A stretch of 64,000 nt of DNA from an uncultured Gammaproteobacteria bacterium (GCA_902628335.1 CACOMO010000001.1:45313-109312), one strand, 5' to 3'; positions 45,145-56,494 are shown, counted from the first letter of the stretch. The notes: a model not told the origin generated them from the letters alone. Made by a program: numbers and translations.

Positions 45145-46226
45145 AATTTATTTTCAATAATATCTTCAAATTTTCTAAAATGATCATCATAATCATATTC
45201 TTTTCTTACAAAAACGTCAGCATTTTTTACAATTTTATTCCTGAGATCATTTGACTGATACAAAGAGTATATTTTCTCAGCCAAATCAGATGAGCTACGT
45301 GAATGAAATAAAAAGCCATTGATGCCGTCGTTTATTATCTCTGGCACACCACCAGCATTACTTCCTATTACAGGAGTATTAGCCATCATGCCCTCAATAA
45401 CGACCAAACCAAATGTTTCTTCGTATGTAGGTAAAACTATCAGATCTATTGTGGACATAATTTCTTGTGGATTTTCGATAAAAGGTATAAAAAATACTCT
45501 ATTTTTTAAATTATACTGTTCACATTTCATCTCAATATTTCTTTTATAATCATCATCCATGCAATGACCAACTATCACAAGTTGAATGTTTTTCTCAAAT
45601 AATAGATTCATCGCTTCTATCAAGAGATGTTGCCCTTTTTGTTCTTCAATTCTTGAAAATACACCTATCGTAAATTTAGACTTATCTAGACTAAATCTCG
45701 CGTAGACTTTTTCTTTACTAAAAATGTCATTATCAAATTTTTTTACACCATATTTTAAAACATCAATTTGATTTGATTTTAAAGGTAGATATTTATTACA
45801 TTCAAGTGACAGTTTTTTTGTAATTGCCAACACATGATCTATCTTGTTATATATAAATTGATGGTAAAAATCATTTTTTTTTCTAGTTAGTTTCATTTGC
45901 CGATAATAAATTATTTTTAAATTTCGGGTAGAGAATTTTTTTATAAGTGCTGATAAAAGTAAATCTTTTGTCCAGCTAACATGTACAACATCTATGTCAT
46001 TTTCTTCTATGAACTCTAGTATTTTTTTTACATTATTAAATATGTTAATAAAATTATTTTTCTTAATGCTAACGTTATTTGTTTTCACCTTATCCGATAT
46101 GAATGAGTTTCCGCGTGTAGCTGAATACATATTCCCCTTGTCACTAAAATAATTTACTAAAGATATAAAATATAACTCTAAACCTCCTTGGTCAGGAGAA
46201 CTACATATGGCAAGAATCTTTTTCAT
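45141..46226 (-). CDS. GT-B glycosyltransferase (family 4 / group 1)
   Basis: 361 aa with the C-terminal motif EETFGLVVIEGMMANTPVIGSNAGGVPEII. Confidence 0.8.
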   Translation of the reverse strand: MKKILAICSSPDQGGLELYFISLVNYFSDKGNMYSATRGNSFISDKVKTNNVSIKKNNFINIFNNVKKILEFIEENDIDVVHVSWTKDLLLSALIKKFSTRNLKIIYYRQMKLTRKKNDFYHQFIYNKIDHVLAITKKLSLECNKYLPLKSNQIDVLKYGVKKFDNDIFSKEKVYARFSLDKSKFTIGVFSRIEEQKGQHLLIEAMNLLFEKNIQLVIVGHCMDDDYKRNIEMKCEQYNLKNRVFFIPFIENPQEIMSTIDLIVLPTYEETFGLVVIEGMMANTPVIGSNAGGVPEIINDGINGFLFHSRSSSDLAEKIYSLYQSNDLRNKIVKNADVFVRKEYDYDDHFRKFEDIIENKL

Positions 46227-46281
46227 AAAATAACAATTATAGCAAAGAACGTAAGTTTAAGGTATGGTATAATTTTTAATC

Positions 46282-47217
46282 ATGAAAAAAATCTTAATAA
46301 CGGGTGGTGCGGGTTTTATAGGATCTCATCTATGCAAAAGGCTTCTTGACGAGGGCAATGATCTAATATGTGTAGATAATTATTTCACTGGATCTAAGGA
46401 AAATATATCAGGTTTATTTAAAAGCCCATATTTTGAAGTTTTAAGACATGATGTTTGCTTTCCATTGTATGTAGAGGTAGATCAGATTTACAACCTAGCA
46501 TGTCCTGCATCACCAATACATTATCAGCACGATCCTGTGCAAACAACAAAAACTAGTGTTCATGGGGCGATAAACATGCTCGGTTTAGCCAAGAGGATCA
46601 ATGCCAGGATTCTACAAGCGTCTACCTCTGAGATTTATGGGGATCCAGAAATTCATCCACAAAAAGAACAATATTGGGGAAATGTGAATCCAATCGGTCC
46701 AAGAAGTTGCTATGATGAGGGAAAAAGATGCGCAGAAACATTATTTTTTGATTACCAGAGACAGCATAAACTAGATATAAAAGTAGTGAGAATTTTTAAT
46801 ACTTATGGCCCTAACATGCACCCTAACGATGGTAGAGTTGTTAGTAATTTTATAATGCAGGCTTTACAGAATCAGGATATCACCGTTTATGGAGATGGCA
46901 ATCAAACTAGGTCATTCTGTTATATTGATGATCTAGTAAATGGAATGGTAAAAATGATGACCTCTTCACCGGAAGTTCTTGGTCCTATCAATCTAGGAAA
47001 TCCAACAGAGTATAAAATTATTGATTTAGCAGAAATAATTATCAAATTAACTAAATCAAAGTCAAAAATTATTAAGAGAAATTTACCAGTTGATGATCCA
47101 ATGAGAAGAAAGCCAGACATTTCAGAAGCTAAAGAGACTATTGATTGGGAGCCGAACATAGAGCTTGAGGATGGTCTTAGACAGACCATAGACTATTTCA
47201 AAAATAAATTAAAATAA
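46282..47217 (+). CDS. UDP-glucuronate decarboxylase (UDP-xylose synthase)
   Basis: 311 aa with [26 protein letters not shown] and [19 protein letters not shown], a strong UXS signature. Confidence 0.88.
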   Translation: MKKILITGGAGFIGSHLCKRLLDEGNDLICVDNYFTGSKENISGLFKSPYFEVLRHDVCFPLYVEVDQIYNLACPASPIHYQHDPVQTTKTSVHGAINMLGLAKRINARILQASTSEIYGDPEIHPQKEQYWGNVNPIGPRSCYDEGKRCAETLFFDYQRQHKLDIKVVRIFNTYGPNMHPNDGRVVSNFIMQALQNQDITVYGDGNQTRSFCYIDDLVNGMVKMMTSSPEVLGPINLGNPTEYKIIDLAEIIIKLTKSKSKIIKRNLPVDDPMRRKPDISEAKETIDWEPNIELEDGLRQTIDYFKNKLK

Positions 47218-47219
47218 TT

Positions 47220-48245
47220 ATGAATCAAGAAAGTCCCGTAATACTTCTAGTCAGAAATGACAAAATTGGTGATTTGATTTTGTGTATACCAGCAATTACC
47301 TGGTTAAAAAAAAATCTACCAAATGCCAAAATAGTATGGCTTGTAAAAAAAGAATTACGAGACCTGGCTATGTTGTGCGAGCAAGTTGATGACATTTTAT
47401 GTGATGGCAGTTTTAAATCTTTAGAACATAATATCAATTCTTACCAATTTGATGCTGCAATTTCATTCTTCTCAACCTTTAGAATAGGATATCTGATCAA
47501 AAAAGCTGGTATTCCAATCAGACTTGCACCGAAGACAAAGCTGGCACAATTTTTTTATAATCATAAGATAATTCAAAAGAGATCGAATTCTCAAAAACCA
47601 GAGTATGAGTATAATACTGACTTAGTTAATGAGCTTTTTAATATTCTTAAGATTGATAATATTTTAGATATTGACAAGCCTCCATACATAAAATTGGATG
47701 ATGTAAAAAATGATCAAATAAAGAAAGAGTTTATCAAGGATTATAAGATTGATAATAGTAACAAAAATATTATTTTTATTCATCCAGGAACTGGAGGATC
47801 ATCAAACACATTATCATTAGAGGACTTTTCGAGAATTTGCACAGGATTGAGAACCTTTGATAACTATAACTTTATTGTACATTATTCAGTAGAAGAGGAA
47901 GAGATTGCAAATGCTCTTATATCAAAACTTCCAAAAAATATTTCAGTGACAAAAATTAAGCCCACAAAAGATAAAATTAAAATGGTAAAAAATATATCTG
48001 TTTGTGATGTATTTATCTCTGGGTCAACTGGTCCACTTCATATAGCTGGTGCTTTAAATAAAAAAACAGTTGGCTTTTTTCCGTCAAAAAAATCATCGAC
48101 GAGCTTGAGGTGGCAAACTATCAATGATTTTGATAAAAGATTAGATTTTGAGGATACAGGTAAAGGAAAAGGGGTTATCAAAATTGAGCTTAATAAATCC
48201 ATACTCGAAATTCAAAAACATATAAATAAATTAGAGATAGTTTAA
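47220..48245 (+). CDS. Glycosyltransferase family 9 (heptosyltransferase-like)
   Basis: 341 aa with ILLVRNDKIGDLILCIPAI and a C-terminal GSTGPLHIAGAL. Confidence 0.7.
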   Translation: MNQESPVILLVRNDKIGDLILCIPAITWLKKNLPNAKIVWLVKKELRDLAMLCEQVDDILCDGSFKSLEHNINSYQFDAAISFFSTFRIGYLIKKAGIPIRLAPKTKLAQFFYNHKIIQKRSNSQKPEYEYNTDLVNELFNILKIDNILDIDKPPYIKLDDVKNDQIKKEFIKDYKIDNSNKNIIFIHPGTGGSSNTLSLEDFSRICTGLRTFDNYNFIVHYSVEEEEIANALISKLPKNISVTKIKPTKDKIKMVKNISVCDVFISGSTGPLHIAGALNKKTVGFFPSKKSSTSLRWQTINDFDKRLDFEDTGKGKGVIKIELNKSILEIQKHINKLEIV

Positions 48246-49235
48246 GGCTATATCAAAAGTTTCCTCTGCACTGATTGATCGCAGACAGTTTAAATGTGAA
48301 AGTGGGCACTCTTTTTTGAAGCATGGGCTACAACTGAGATCTTTATATATAACTTCACCACTATCCTCAGATATTAAAGGGGGTGTATATATTGGTGATG
48401 ATGAACCATAAATAGCAATTATTTTTGAATTTACGGATCCTGCAATGTGCATTAATCCAGAATCATTGGATATAGTTAAATTAGAAATTGATAATAAGTA
48501 AGTAACATCTAATAATGAGGTTTGACCTATTAAAGATCTCACATCTGATAATCCTTCTTCACAAGATATGCGATCATCGATATGAGTATCTTTGCCAAGA
48601 AAGAAGACAGAAAAATCTTGTTCCCTAAAAAGTTTCGCCAATGATAACCAATGCTCTACTGGCCACTTTTTTGCATTACCAAACTCAGCATCTGGGCAGA
48701 GCATGATTATCTTTTTATCAATCTTGATTTGAAATTTTTCAATTATGGATCTTTGATATTGAGCTGAAATATTTAATTTAGGCTGAATTTGTGAATTATA
48801 TTTACAATTTGCAAGATGTAAATATCTATCTACCATCGTTCTCTCATGTTTCTTATACTTATACTTTTTCGTGAGGAGCATTTGTCTAAATTCAGTCGTA
48901 TAGCCAATTCTGTTTGGTATTCTAGCTAACCATGGGACTATAGCTGATTTGAAGCTGTTAGGAAGGATATATACATCTGTATAATTATTTTTCTTGATTT
49001 CATTTACAAGATTTAATCTTTCTGATAAACCAAAGCTACCATGATTGATATCGAGAAATATTTTTTTATTAATTTCTGGAATCAAATTAATTAGCTCACT
49101 AATATATGGTCTAGCTATTACGTCTATGTTGCAATCCTTATGTATACGTTTTAATTCAAATAGAAGGGATTGAGACATTATCGTATCACCAATCCATGAG
49201 GGCAAAATCACAAGAATGTTTGGTGATGTTTTCAT
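48231..49235 (-). CDS. waaF: ADP-heptose:LPS heptosyltransferase II
   Basis: 334 aa with ILVILPSWIGDTIMSQSL at the N-terminus and NDSGLMHIAG. Adjacent to hldD. Confidence 0.78.
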   Translation of the reverse strand: MKTSPNILVILPSWIGDTIMSQSLLFELKRIHKDCNIDVIARPYISELINLIPEINKKIFLDINHGSFGLSERLNLVNEIKKNNYTDVYILPNSFKSAIVPWLARIPNRIGYTTEFRQMLLTKKYKYKKHERTMVDRYLHLANCKYNSQIQPKLNISAQYQRSIIEKFQIKIDKKIIMLCPDAEFGNAKKWPVEHWLSLAKLFREQDFSVFFLGKDTHIDDRISCEEGLSDVRSLIGQTSLLDVTYLLSISNLTISNDSGLMHIAGSVNSKIIAIYGSSSPIYTPPLISEDSGEVIYKDLSCSPCFKKECPLSHLNCLRSISAEETFDIALNYL

Positions 49236-50179
49236 TTATCATTCTCCAGCCATCTAACGTATTTTTCTACACCCTCCTCTAATGACATGAAACCGCTGTT
49301 ATAGCCGGATTTTATTAAATTATCCAAGTTAGCTTGGGTATATGCCTGATATTGTTCTTTCAAACCATCCGGAAAATCAACATACTCTATGTTTCCTTTT
49401 TTCATTACAGATATCACATTTTTTGCCACATCATTGAAACTTCTACTCTTTCCTGTACCTACATTAAAAATCCCTGATATATTATTTTGCATTAGCCATT
49501 TTTTTACTTTAATAGTATCTTCAACATGTATGAAATCTCTCCTCTGCTCTCCGTCATCATAGCCATGACTACCCTTAAATAATTTAATTAGATTACATTC
49601 CTTTAACTGGTGGAAAAAACTATACATGACACTAAACATACCCTGTTTATGCGACTCTCTTGGCCCATAAACATTAAAATACCTCAGGCCTGACACCTGA
49701 GATTTTATCTTTGCCATATGATCTCTAAAATAATTATCAAATAATAGTTTCGATTCTGCATAATAATTCAGTGATGATTCATTATCAGGATCTTCTTTGA
49801 ATACTTTTCCTTCGCCATAGACTGATGCAGAAGAAGCGTAGATTAGTGGGATACTATTATTTGCACAAAAGTGTAGAATCTTTTTCGAATATTCTAAATT
49901 AGTCTCCATAATATAGCTTCTATCTTTTTCAGTAGTCTTAGAACATGCGCCAAGATGATAAATCATCTCTATGCTCTCAGCGTATTTTTTTTCATCATTA
50001 GTAAGCAAATTGAGAAAAGAGGCTTTATCGATACAATCTAAATATTTAATCTGGCTTATATTATTAAATTTACTCGTCTGCTTATCGAGTTCGTCAACAA
50101 TGAGTAATTCAAAGTCTTTATTTAGATCTGATGCAAGATTACTACCTATAAACCCTGCTCCACCTGTTATAACAATCAT
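49232..50179 (-). CDS. hldD: ADP-L-glycero-D-manno-heptose 6-epimerase
   Basis: 315 aa with [14 protein letters not shown], an SDR extended fold, ASSASVYG and the YAESK region. Confidence 0.88.
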   Translation of the reverse strand: MIVITGGAGFIGSNLASDLNKDFELLIVDELDKQTSKFNNISQIKYLDCIDKASFLNLLTNDEKKYAESIEMIYHLGACSKTTEKDRSYIMETNLEYSKKILHFCANNSIPLIYASSASVYGEGKVFKEDPDNESSLNYYAESKLLFDNYFRDHMAKIKSQVSGLRYFNVYGPRESHKQGMFSVMYSFFHQLKECNLIKLFKGSHGYDDGEQRRDFIHVEDTIKVKKWLMQNNISGIFNVGTGKSRSFNDVAKNVISVMKKGNIEYVDFPDGLKEQYQAYTQANLDNLIKSGYNSGFMSLEEGVEKYVRWLENDK

Positions 50180-50283
50180 TTAAGTATCCTTTGGCTCTAA
50201 TAATTATAATATAACACACGACAATTTGACCATTAAAAGATATTTGGTATTGTTCAATCATAATTTACTGTTACAATCATTTT

Positions 50284-50781
50284 ATGAAAAAATCATTAAT
50301 CCTCGTTGGTATTATTATGGGCTCAAAATCAGATTGGCCAACAATGAAAGAGACTAGCGTAATGCTTGATAAACTTAAAATACCCCATGAGAGTAAAATT
50401 ATTTCTGCTCATCGAACACCTGATCAAATGTATGAATACAGCAAGAAAGCAAGCGACAGAGGAATTGAAGTTATTATTGCAGGTGCAGGCGGGGCAGCAC
50501 ATTTACCTGGGATGACAGCATCTCTTACATCCTTACCTGTAATTGGAGTACCAATAAAGTCTCGAGAATTACAGGGTCTTGACTCTCTTCTCTCAATCAA
50601 TCAAATGCCAAAAGGCATACCAGTTGCTACAGTTGCAATCGGTAAGAGTGGTGCTATCAATGCTGCTTTATTTGCTGCAAGTATTTTAGGGAATAAACAT
50701 GATAATATAAAAAATGAACTTAATAAATTTAGGTCAAAACAATCCAAAGCTATTTTGAAAAATAATAATCCAAGAAAATAA
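50284..50781 (+). CDS. purE: N5-carboxyaminoimidazole ribonucleotide mutase
   Basis: 165 aa with [15 protein letters not shown] and [12 protein letters not shown]. Confidence 0.95.
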   Translation: MKKSLILVGIIMGSKSDWPTMKETSVMLDKLKIPHESKIISAHRTPDQMYEYSKKASDRGIEVIIAGAGGAAHLPGMTASLTSLPVIGVPIKSRELQGLDSLLSINQMPKGIPVATVAIGKSGAINAALFAASILGNKHDNIKNELNKFRSKQSKAILKNNNPRK

Positions 50782-50782
50782 A

Positions 50783-51865
50783 ATGAGAGTAGGCATACTA
50801 GGTGGTGGTCAACTTGCCATGATGATGATACAATCTTGTATCGACGATAACGTAGAATTCGTTGTTGTCGACCCATCAGATAACCCACCTGCGAACAAAT
50901 ACGTTAAATGTATAAAATCTGAATTTGACAATACAGAAATGTTAGACAGATTATCACGAGAATGTAATGTTGTTACAATAGATTTTGAGAATGTTCCATC
51001 ATCTGCACTAAAATATTTGGAGAATAAAATAGATGTTCATCCAAACTCAAAGGCTGTCGAATTATGTCAGGACAGACTCAAAGAGAAAAAACTTTTTGAA
51101 GAGTGCAAAATACCAGTAACGCGGTATGGCAAGATAGATGATCTGGACAATCTTTACACTTCCAAAGAATCATTTTCAAATGGAGCCATTCTAAAATCTA
51201 GATTTTTTGGATATGATGGGAAAAATCAAGTTGATCTAGATAGTACAGATTTGGAAACTGCTTTTGAAGCTTGTGGTAGTGATAAATTAATTATTGAAGA
51301 AAAAGTTGATTTCATTAAAGAATTATCTCTTATTGGAGCAAGAGACAAAAAAGGTAAAACAGCTTTTTATCCTCTAGTGGAGAATAATCACGTAAATGGG
51401 ATTTTACATACTAGCATCGCTCCATATGATGACGATTACCTCCAAACCAAAGCACAAAGCTATCACAATCTTCTTACAAAAAAAATGAATTATGTTGGTG
51501 TGTTGGTAATTGAATTTTTCTTAGACAGTAAAAACAAACTTATCGCAAATGAAATGGCACCCAGAGTTCATAATTCAGGACACTGGACTATTGAGGGTGC
51601 AAATATAAGTCAGTTCAAAGCACATATCAAATCTGTTACAGGAGAAGAAATAAATCACATTAAAGTAGATAGATGTGCTGTAATGATGAACATACTATCA
51701 ACTATGCCTGATTTAACTCTTTTTGACCAAACTGATCCAGTAAAAATATATGATTATGGTAAAACAGAAAGAAAAGATCGTAAATTAGGTCATATAACTA
51801 TTGTTGATGTGGATAAAAATAACTTATTAAATAGAATAAAGGAACTTGAAAAATATACTACTTAA
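50783..51865 (+). CDS. purK: N5-carboxyaminoimidazole ribonucleotide synthase
   Basis: 360 aa, ATP-grasp fold. VGILGGGQLAMMM and MAPRVHNSGHWTIEG. Confidence 0.9.
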   Translation: MRVGILGGGQLAMMMIQSCIDDNVEFVVVDPSDNPPANKYVKCIKSEFDNTEMLDRLSRECNVVTIDFENVPSSALKYLENKIDVHPNSKAVELCQDRLKEKKLFEECKIPVTRYGKIDDLDNLYTSKESFSNGAILKSRFFGYDGKNQVDLDSTDLETAFEACGSDKLIIEEKVDFIKELSLIGARDKKGKTAFYPLVENNHVNGILHTSIAPYDDDYLQTKAQSYHNLLTKKMNYVGVLVIEFFLDSKNKLIANEMAPRVHNSGHWTIEGANISQFKAHIKSVTGEEINHIKVDRCAVMMNILSTMPDLTLFDQTDPVKIYDYGKTERKDRKLGHITIVDVDKNNLLNRIKELEKYTT

Positions 51866-53372
51866 AGAAATTACCAACAATAGATACTAGCGAACCTTTG
51901 TCTTTGTATTTTTTATCAAGAGATGACTGTATTTTTTTTGCTAGTATTTTACCCTGTTCTACTCCCCATTGATCAAAACTATTAATATTCCAAAGTAATC
52001 CCTCCAAGAAAAACTTATGCTCGTACAGACTCAACAGCATTCCCATACTTTTTGGTGACAAGTTCTTCAATAATATTATATTACTTGGTGTCCCATAATT
52101 AATAGTTTTGAATGAAAATTTATTTTTCTTTCCCAAAAAGCAAAGATCTGCTTGAGCAATCATATTTGATAGTAAAAACTTGGATGCTTCAGGATTATTC
52201 TTATTTATGACGCCAATAAAATCTATTGATAATTCATTATTACCCTGATGAATCATTTGAAAGAAGGAATGTTGACACTCGCTCCCTCTCTGACCAAAAA
52301 CAATAGGTGAGGTTGGGAAATAAACTCTCTTACCTTCCCTATCACACGATTTGCCATTGCTCTCCATTTCTTGCTGCTGAAGGTGATCAACTACATTTCT
52401 CAAACGAAAGTTATAAGGGCAAATTGATAAAACCCTTTTATCTAAAAAGTTTATATTCCAAATAGATATTAATGCAAGAATCAATGGAATATTATTTTCA
52501 TAAGTTGAGGTTCTAACATGCTTATCAATTTGTTGTATTCCTTTGAAAAAATCTAGAAAATTTTTCTTACCAATCTCAAACAAAACAGGTAAACTTATAA
52601 CGCTTGTTAATGAAAAACGACCAGGTATATTTTTAGAAAATGATATAATTTTGGAACTTGTGAAACCCTCTTTTTTTGCATTTGCAACATTAGCTGTAAT
52701 AGCTATAAAATTTGATTTCATAACATCCTTAATATATGTTTTAGGTATGTATGTTGATTTCACGTGAGAGAGATTCATTAAGACCTCTTTAGTTGTGAAA
52801 CTTTTGGAAGCGAATATAAATAACGTTGTACTTAGTTCACAATTTTGTAGGACATCATCTATCTCTGAATAATCAACACTTGATATATAAAAACATTTAA
52901 AAGATTTGGTATGATAATCTTTGAGGGACTCACTAAGGACTTTTGGTCCAATCAAAGATCCACCAATGCCTACATAAACAACATTAGTAAACTTCTCACC
53001 CGTGTTTGATCGTAATAAACCTTTTTTAATATTCTCATACAGATTAATTATTTTCTCTAGAGATTTATTGAAGTTATCTTTGTTTCTCAAATGTACATGT
53101 GACACTTTTTTCGATTCTGATGCGCTAATATACTTGTTGTCAAATAAATCTTGGATGCTCTTATTTAACTCTTGCTGACTAGCCATTTTTATTAAATCAC
53201 GGAGTATATCTTTGTTAATAAAATTTCTACTGATGTCAATAATAAGATTGTCTTTGCTAAAGATATGTTTCTTCAGGTTTTTGTTTTTCTGATGAGTAGA
53301 TAGAGGGATCTTATTATTCAGCTTTATCTCTAGAGCAGAATCTCTGAGACGATTTTCATAGTTATCATCCAT
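51858..53372 (-). CDS. pgi: Glucose-6-phosphate isomerase
   Basis: VGIGGSLIGPKV and the later GQRGSECQHSFFQMIHQG. The start is moved to Met21 of the track ORF (53372), which removes a 68-nt overlap with panD. Confidence 0.85.
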   Translation of the reverse strand: MDDNYENRLRDSALEIKLNNKIPLSTHQKNKNLKKHIFSKDNLIIDISRNFINKDILRDLIKMASQQELNKSIQDLFDNKYISASESKKVSHVHLRNKDNFNKSLEKIINLYENIKKGLLRSNTGEKFTNVVYVGIGGSLIGPKVLSESLKDYHTKSFKCFYISSVDYSEIDDVLQNCELSTTLFIFASKSFTTKEVLMNLSHVKSTYIPKTYIKDVMKSNFIAITANVANAKKEGFTSSKIISFSKNIPGRFSLTSVISLPVLFEIGKKNFLDFFKGIQQIDKHVRTSTYENNIPLILALISIWNINFLDKRVLSICPYNFRLRNVVDHLQQQEMESNGKSCDREGKRVYFPTSPIVFGQRGSECQHSFFQMIHQGNNELSIDFIGVINKNNPEASKFLLSNMIAQADLCFLGKKNKFSFKTINYGTPSNIILLKNLSPKSMGMLLSLYEHKFFLEGLLWNINSFDQWGVEQGKILAKKIQSSLDKKYKDKGSLVSIVGNFFK

Positions 53373-53751
53373 TTCGCAATTTAAATTTCGTATCTGTATT
53401 TTTCGGAATAATTCTATTTTTTGAATCAACATAAATCACTTTTGGAGTGTGATTTGCGATTTCATCTTTTTTTAAATTGGTATACGTACATATAATGACA
53501 TGATCTCCAGTACCTGCCTTATGACATGCTGCGCCATTGATGCAAATCATTCCGCTACCAGGAGGGCCCTCTATTGCATATGTAGAAAATCTCTCACCAT
53601 TAGTAATATTATAAATATCAATTTTTTCATTTGGTAATATACTAACTGCATTGAGAAGCTCTATGTCTATTTGACAAGAGCCTTCGTATTCAATTTTTGA
53701 ATCAGTAACAGTTGCTTTGTGAATCTTTGCATTTAAAAATGATCTGGTCAT
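53365..53751 (-). CDS. panD: Aspartate 1-decarboxylase (pyruvoyl-dependent)
   Basis: 128 aa. KIHKATVTDSKIEYEGSCQID includes the Gly-Ser self-cleavage site; also NGERFSTYAI. Confidence 0.95.
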   Translation of the reverse strand: MTRSFLNAKIHKATVTDSKIEYEGSCQIDIELLNAVSILPNEKIDIYNITNGERFSTYAIEGPPGSGMICINGAACHKAGTGDHVIICTYTNLKKDEIANHTPKVIYVDSKNRIIPKNTDTKFKLRNG

Positions 53752-54617
53752 GATATATCATACCTCTCAACAGGGTAATTGTCTATCAAGCGAACATTAT
53801 CTATTATCAAGGCAATAAATAACCTAAAAATTTTTTGATCAGAATTACTATTGGCCCCTAATCCATGTTTATCATATAAATATTTCTCATCATATATTTT
53901 TACATACTGATAGGTAAGATTGGCAGATTGAGGAATTAAGTTGTTAAAATTTAAAAGACCAGTTTTATGAAAATAATCAACAACAGTACTCTTAATGCTT
54001 TGAAAAGCTAGAGAAGCTTTATTTATTTGCTCATCAGACAATAACGTATTTCTGGAACTAAATGCTAATCCATTATCCATTCTAATGGTGGGTGATAGAA
54101 TAATTTTAATATTAGTTTCTCGGAAATATCGTTCAGCAATGTATTTAATCAGCAGATACTGTTGAAAATCTTTCTCTCCAAATATAGCAAAATCAGGTTT
54201 AATAATCTCAAAAAATTCTCGTATAATCTTCTGGACACCATCAAAATGCCTTCCTCTATAAGCACCACAAAGTAGATTTGTGAATCCCCATGGAAGCTCA
54301 TCTGTATGAATTATATTTCTCATCATTTCCTCTTTTGTTGGCACAAAAACATAATCAATTTTTCGCTTCTCTAATGCTTCTAAATCTTGCTCAAGAGTCT
54401 TTGGATATGATGTGTAATCACTCGAGTCATTAAATTGAAGTGGGTTGACAAAAATACTTACAATCTTCTTAGATAGATAATCCTCTGACTTACTAATTAA
54501 GCTTAAATGTCCTTCATGAAGATTACCCATTGTTGGAATAAGTGTAATTTTATGATTGCACTCTCTATCTCTGCGAAGAATATCAATCAATTCTTTTTTA
54601 GAGTTAATTATTAACAT
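53748..54617 (-). CDS. panC: Pantoate-beta-alanine ligase
   Basis: 289 aa with PTMGNLHEGHLSL and FGEKDFQQ. Confidence 0.92.
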   Translation of the reverse strand: MLIINSKKELIDILRRDRECNHKITLIPTMGNLHEGHLSLISKSEDYLSKKIVSIFVNPLQFNDSSDYTSYPKTLEQDLEALEKRKIDYVFVPTKEEMMRNIIHTDELPWGFTNLLCGAYRGRHFDGVQKIIREFFEIIKPDFAIFGEKDFQQYLLIKYIAERYFRETNIKIILSPTIRMDNGLAFSSRNTLLSDEQINKASLAFQSIKSTVVDYFHKTGLLNFNNLIPQSANLTYQYVKIYDEKYLYDKHGLGANSNSDQKIFRLFIALIIDNVRLIDNYPVERYDIS

Positions 54618-55390
54618 TCGTTCGGAAGTTTCTTCACATACTTAATATACTTTTTAATATTACTCTCTAAAATATCATTACACATATAGTCTCTGTTAAT
54701 AGATTTTGGAAATTTATTAAAACTAATTCCGAGTAAATCATATGAAACAATAATCTGCCCATCACACATTTCACCTGATCCTATTCCTATAATTGGTATT
54801 TTTAATAATTTCTTCAATTCTTTGACAACATTATTACTGACACACTCAAGTAAGATAATTTTTGCACCAAGTTGCTCTGCTAATATTGCATTACGAATAA
54901 TTTCTGACCTTTCTTTTTTCGATTTACCATATATTCTAAATTCAGATTTTCGTTTGACACATTGAGGTCTTAAACCTAAATGAGTACATATTGGTATTTT
55001 TTTATCATTTAATCTTTTAATAGTTCCGATGTTTTTTGTATTAAATTCAATTTTTATCATATCAATTCTTGTGGTATTAAATAACTTAACACTATCAGAT
55101 ATAATTTTTCTATGTGATGAACATGATTCCTTTGGTAAATCCGCAATGACATAAGATTTATTTACAACGTTAGAAACTGACTGAGCATGATATATCATCT
55201 CTTTCAAACTTACATTATGCGTATTTTTGTCACCTTTGATAACCTCACCCAGAGAATCACCTATCAATATAATATCAAATCCCAAATCATCAAAAAATTT
55301 TGCAAAACTAGCATCGTATGCAGTAATTGATGTGATACCGATATGTCTTTTTTTTAAATCATGAATTTTTTTAAGTGAAACTTTATGCAC
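54611..55390 (-). CDS. panB: 3-methyl-2-oxobutanoate hydroxymethyltransferase
   Basis: 259 aa with ITAYDASFAKFFD and LIGDSLGEV. Confidence 0.9.
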   Translation of the reverse strand: MHKVSLKKIHDLKKRHIGITSITAYDASFAKFFDDLGFDIILIGDSLGEVIKGDKNTHNVSLKEMIYHAQSVSNVVNKSYVIADLPKESCSSHRKIISDSVKLFNTTRIDMIKIEFNTKNIGTIKRLNDKKIPICTHLGLRPQCVKRKSEFRIYGKSKKERSEIIRNAILAEQLGAKIILLECVSNNVVKELKKLLKIPIIGIGSGEMCDGQIIVSYDLLGISFNKFPKSINRDYMCNDILESNIKKYIKYVKKLPNEC

Positions 55391-55393
55391 TTT

Positions 55394-56038
55394 CTACTCT
55401 TTAGGACTAATGGGATTAAAGAAACTTTTTCCTTTTAAATCTTTTTTTATTTCCTTTAATAAGAGTGCATAATCATTATCCGTATGAATATTAACCCTTG
55501 ACGTATTTATTATTAATAGTGGTGACTCTTTATAGGAGTAAAAAAATGAGGTGTATGCATCATTTATTTTTTTCAAATATTCAGAACTTATATTTCTTTC
55601 AAATTTATTAGATCTAGATTTTATTCTTTCAATAAGAGTGTCATGATCTGCCTGTAAATAAATTACTAAATTTGGTTGAGGTAAAAATAAATCAAGATTA
55701 TTGCTAATATCAAGATATAAATTAAATTCTTTGTCGTTTAGTATTGTTTTGGCAAATATCTTATCTTTTTGTATAAAAAAATCCGAGACTATATCTTTAT
55801 TAAAGTTATCAATTTTTCTTTTACTAAAATCCTTAGCTCTTTGTAATAGAAAGTATAACTGAGTTCCCAAAGCGTATTTTTCAACATCGCTATAAAAATT
55901 CTCAAGAAAAGGATTCTTTTTATACTCTTCAAGATAAATGTTGTAGCCAAGACTATTTGCTAGTTTTTTGGCTAGGGTGGTTTTCCCAACTCCTATAGGG
56001 CCTTCTATTACTATTAATCCTGCTGATGCATTTCTCAT
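55394..56038 (-). CDS. Deoxynucleoside kinase family protein
   Basis: 214 aa with the P-loop IVIEGPIGVGKTTLAKKLA and a dNK-like ERIKSR region. Confidence 0.78.
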   Translation of the reverse strand: MRNASAGLIVIEGPIGVGKTTLAKKLANSLGYNIYLEEYKKNPFLENFYSDVEKYALGTQLYFLLQRAKDFSKRKIDNFNKDIVSDFFIQKDKIFAKTILNDKEFNLYLDISNNLDLFLPQPNLVIYLQADHDTLIERIKSRSNKFERNISSEYLKKINDAYTSFFYSYKESPLLIINTSRVNIHTDNDYALLLKEIKKDLKGKSFFNPISPKE

Positions 56039-56481
56039 AAATATTTTTTTATTTTACCATAATTGGGAATTATGAAATCGTGATTTGTTACTTCTAGCAA
56101 TGGAATTAAGACGAATTCTCTTTTAACCAATTCACGATGTGGGATTATCAGGTCTCTTGTTCTAAGAACTAATTTACCAAAAAGCAGGATGTCTAAGTCT
56201 AGCGATCTAGGTCCCCATTTGATACCTCGTTTACGACGGTGCTTCTTCTCAATTCCTTGTAGTGTAGAGAGTAAATCAGTTGGCGTTAAATTCGTTTCAA
56301 TTATTGCAACTGCATTAATGTAATCATTTTGATTTTGTGGTCCTATAGGTATTGTCTTATATAAGGATGATAAATTGCAAACTTTTGTACTCTCCAAATT
56401 ATCCATTTGACTAGCAGCTTCGAGGACATGTTCGATGGGGTGATCTAAATTACTACCTAGACTTATAAATGCAGTTTCCAC
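56035..56481 (-). CDS. folK: 2-amino-4-hydroxy-6-hydroxymethyldihydropteridine diphosphokinase
   Basis: 148 aa with AFISLGSNL, WGPRSLDLDILLFG and IPHREL. Confidence 0.85.
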   Translation of the reverse strand: METAFISLGSNLDHPIEHVLEAASQMDNLESTKVCNLSSLYKTIPIGPQNQNDYINAVAIIETNLTPTDLLSTLQGIEKKHRRKRGIKWGPRSLDLDILLFGKLVLRTRDLIIPHRELVKREFVLIPLLEVTNHDFIIPNYGKIKKYL

Positions 56482-56494
56482 ACGAATTCAAGTA

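Noticed and set aside
53373-53432. Long pgi N-terminus overlapping panD by 68 nt
   Set aside because: Met21 removes the overlap and leaves a 2-nt spacer after the panD stop. The extra 20 residues have no Pgi counterpart that I recognise.
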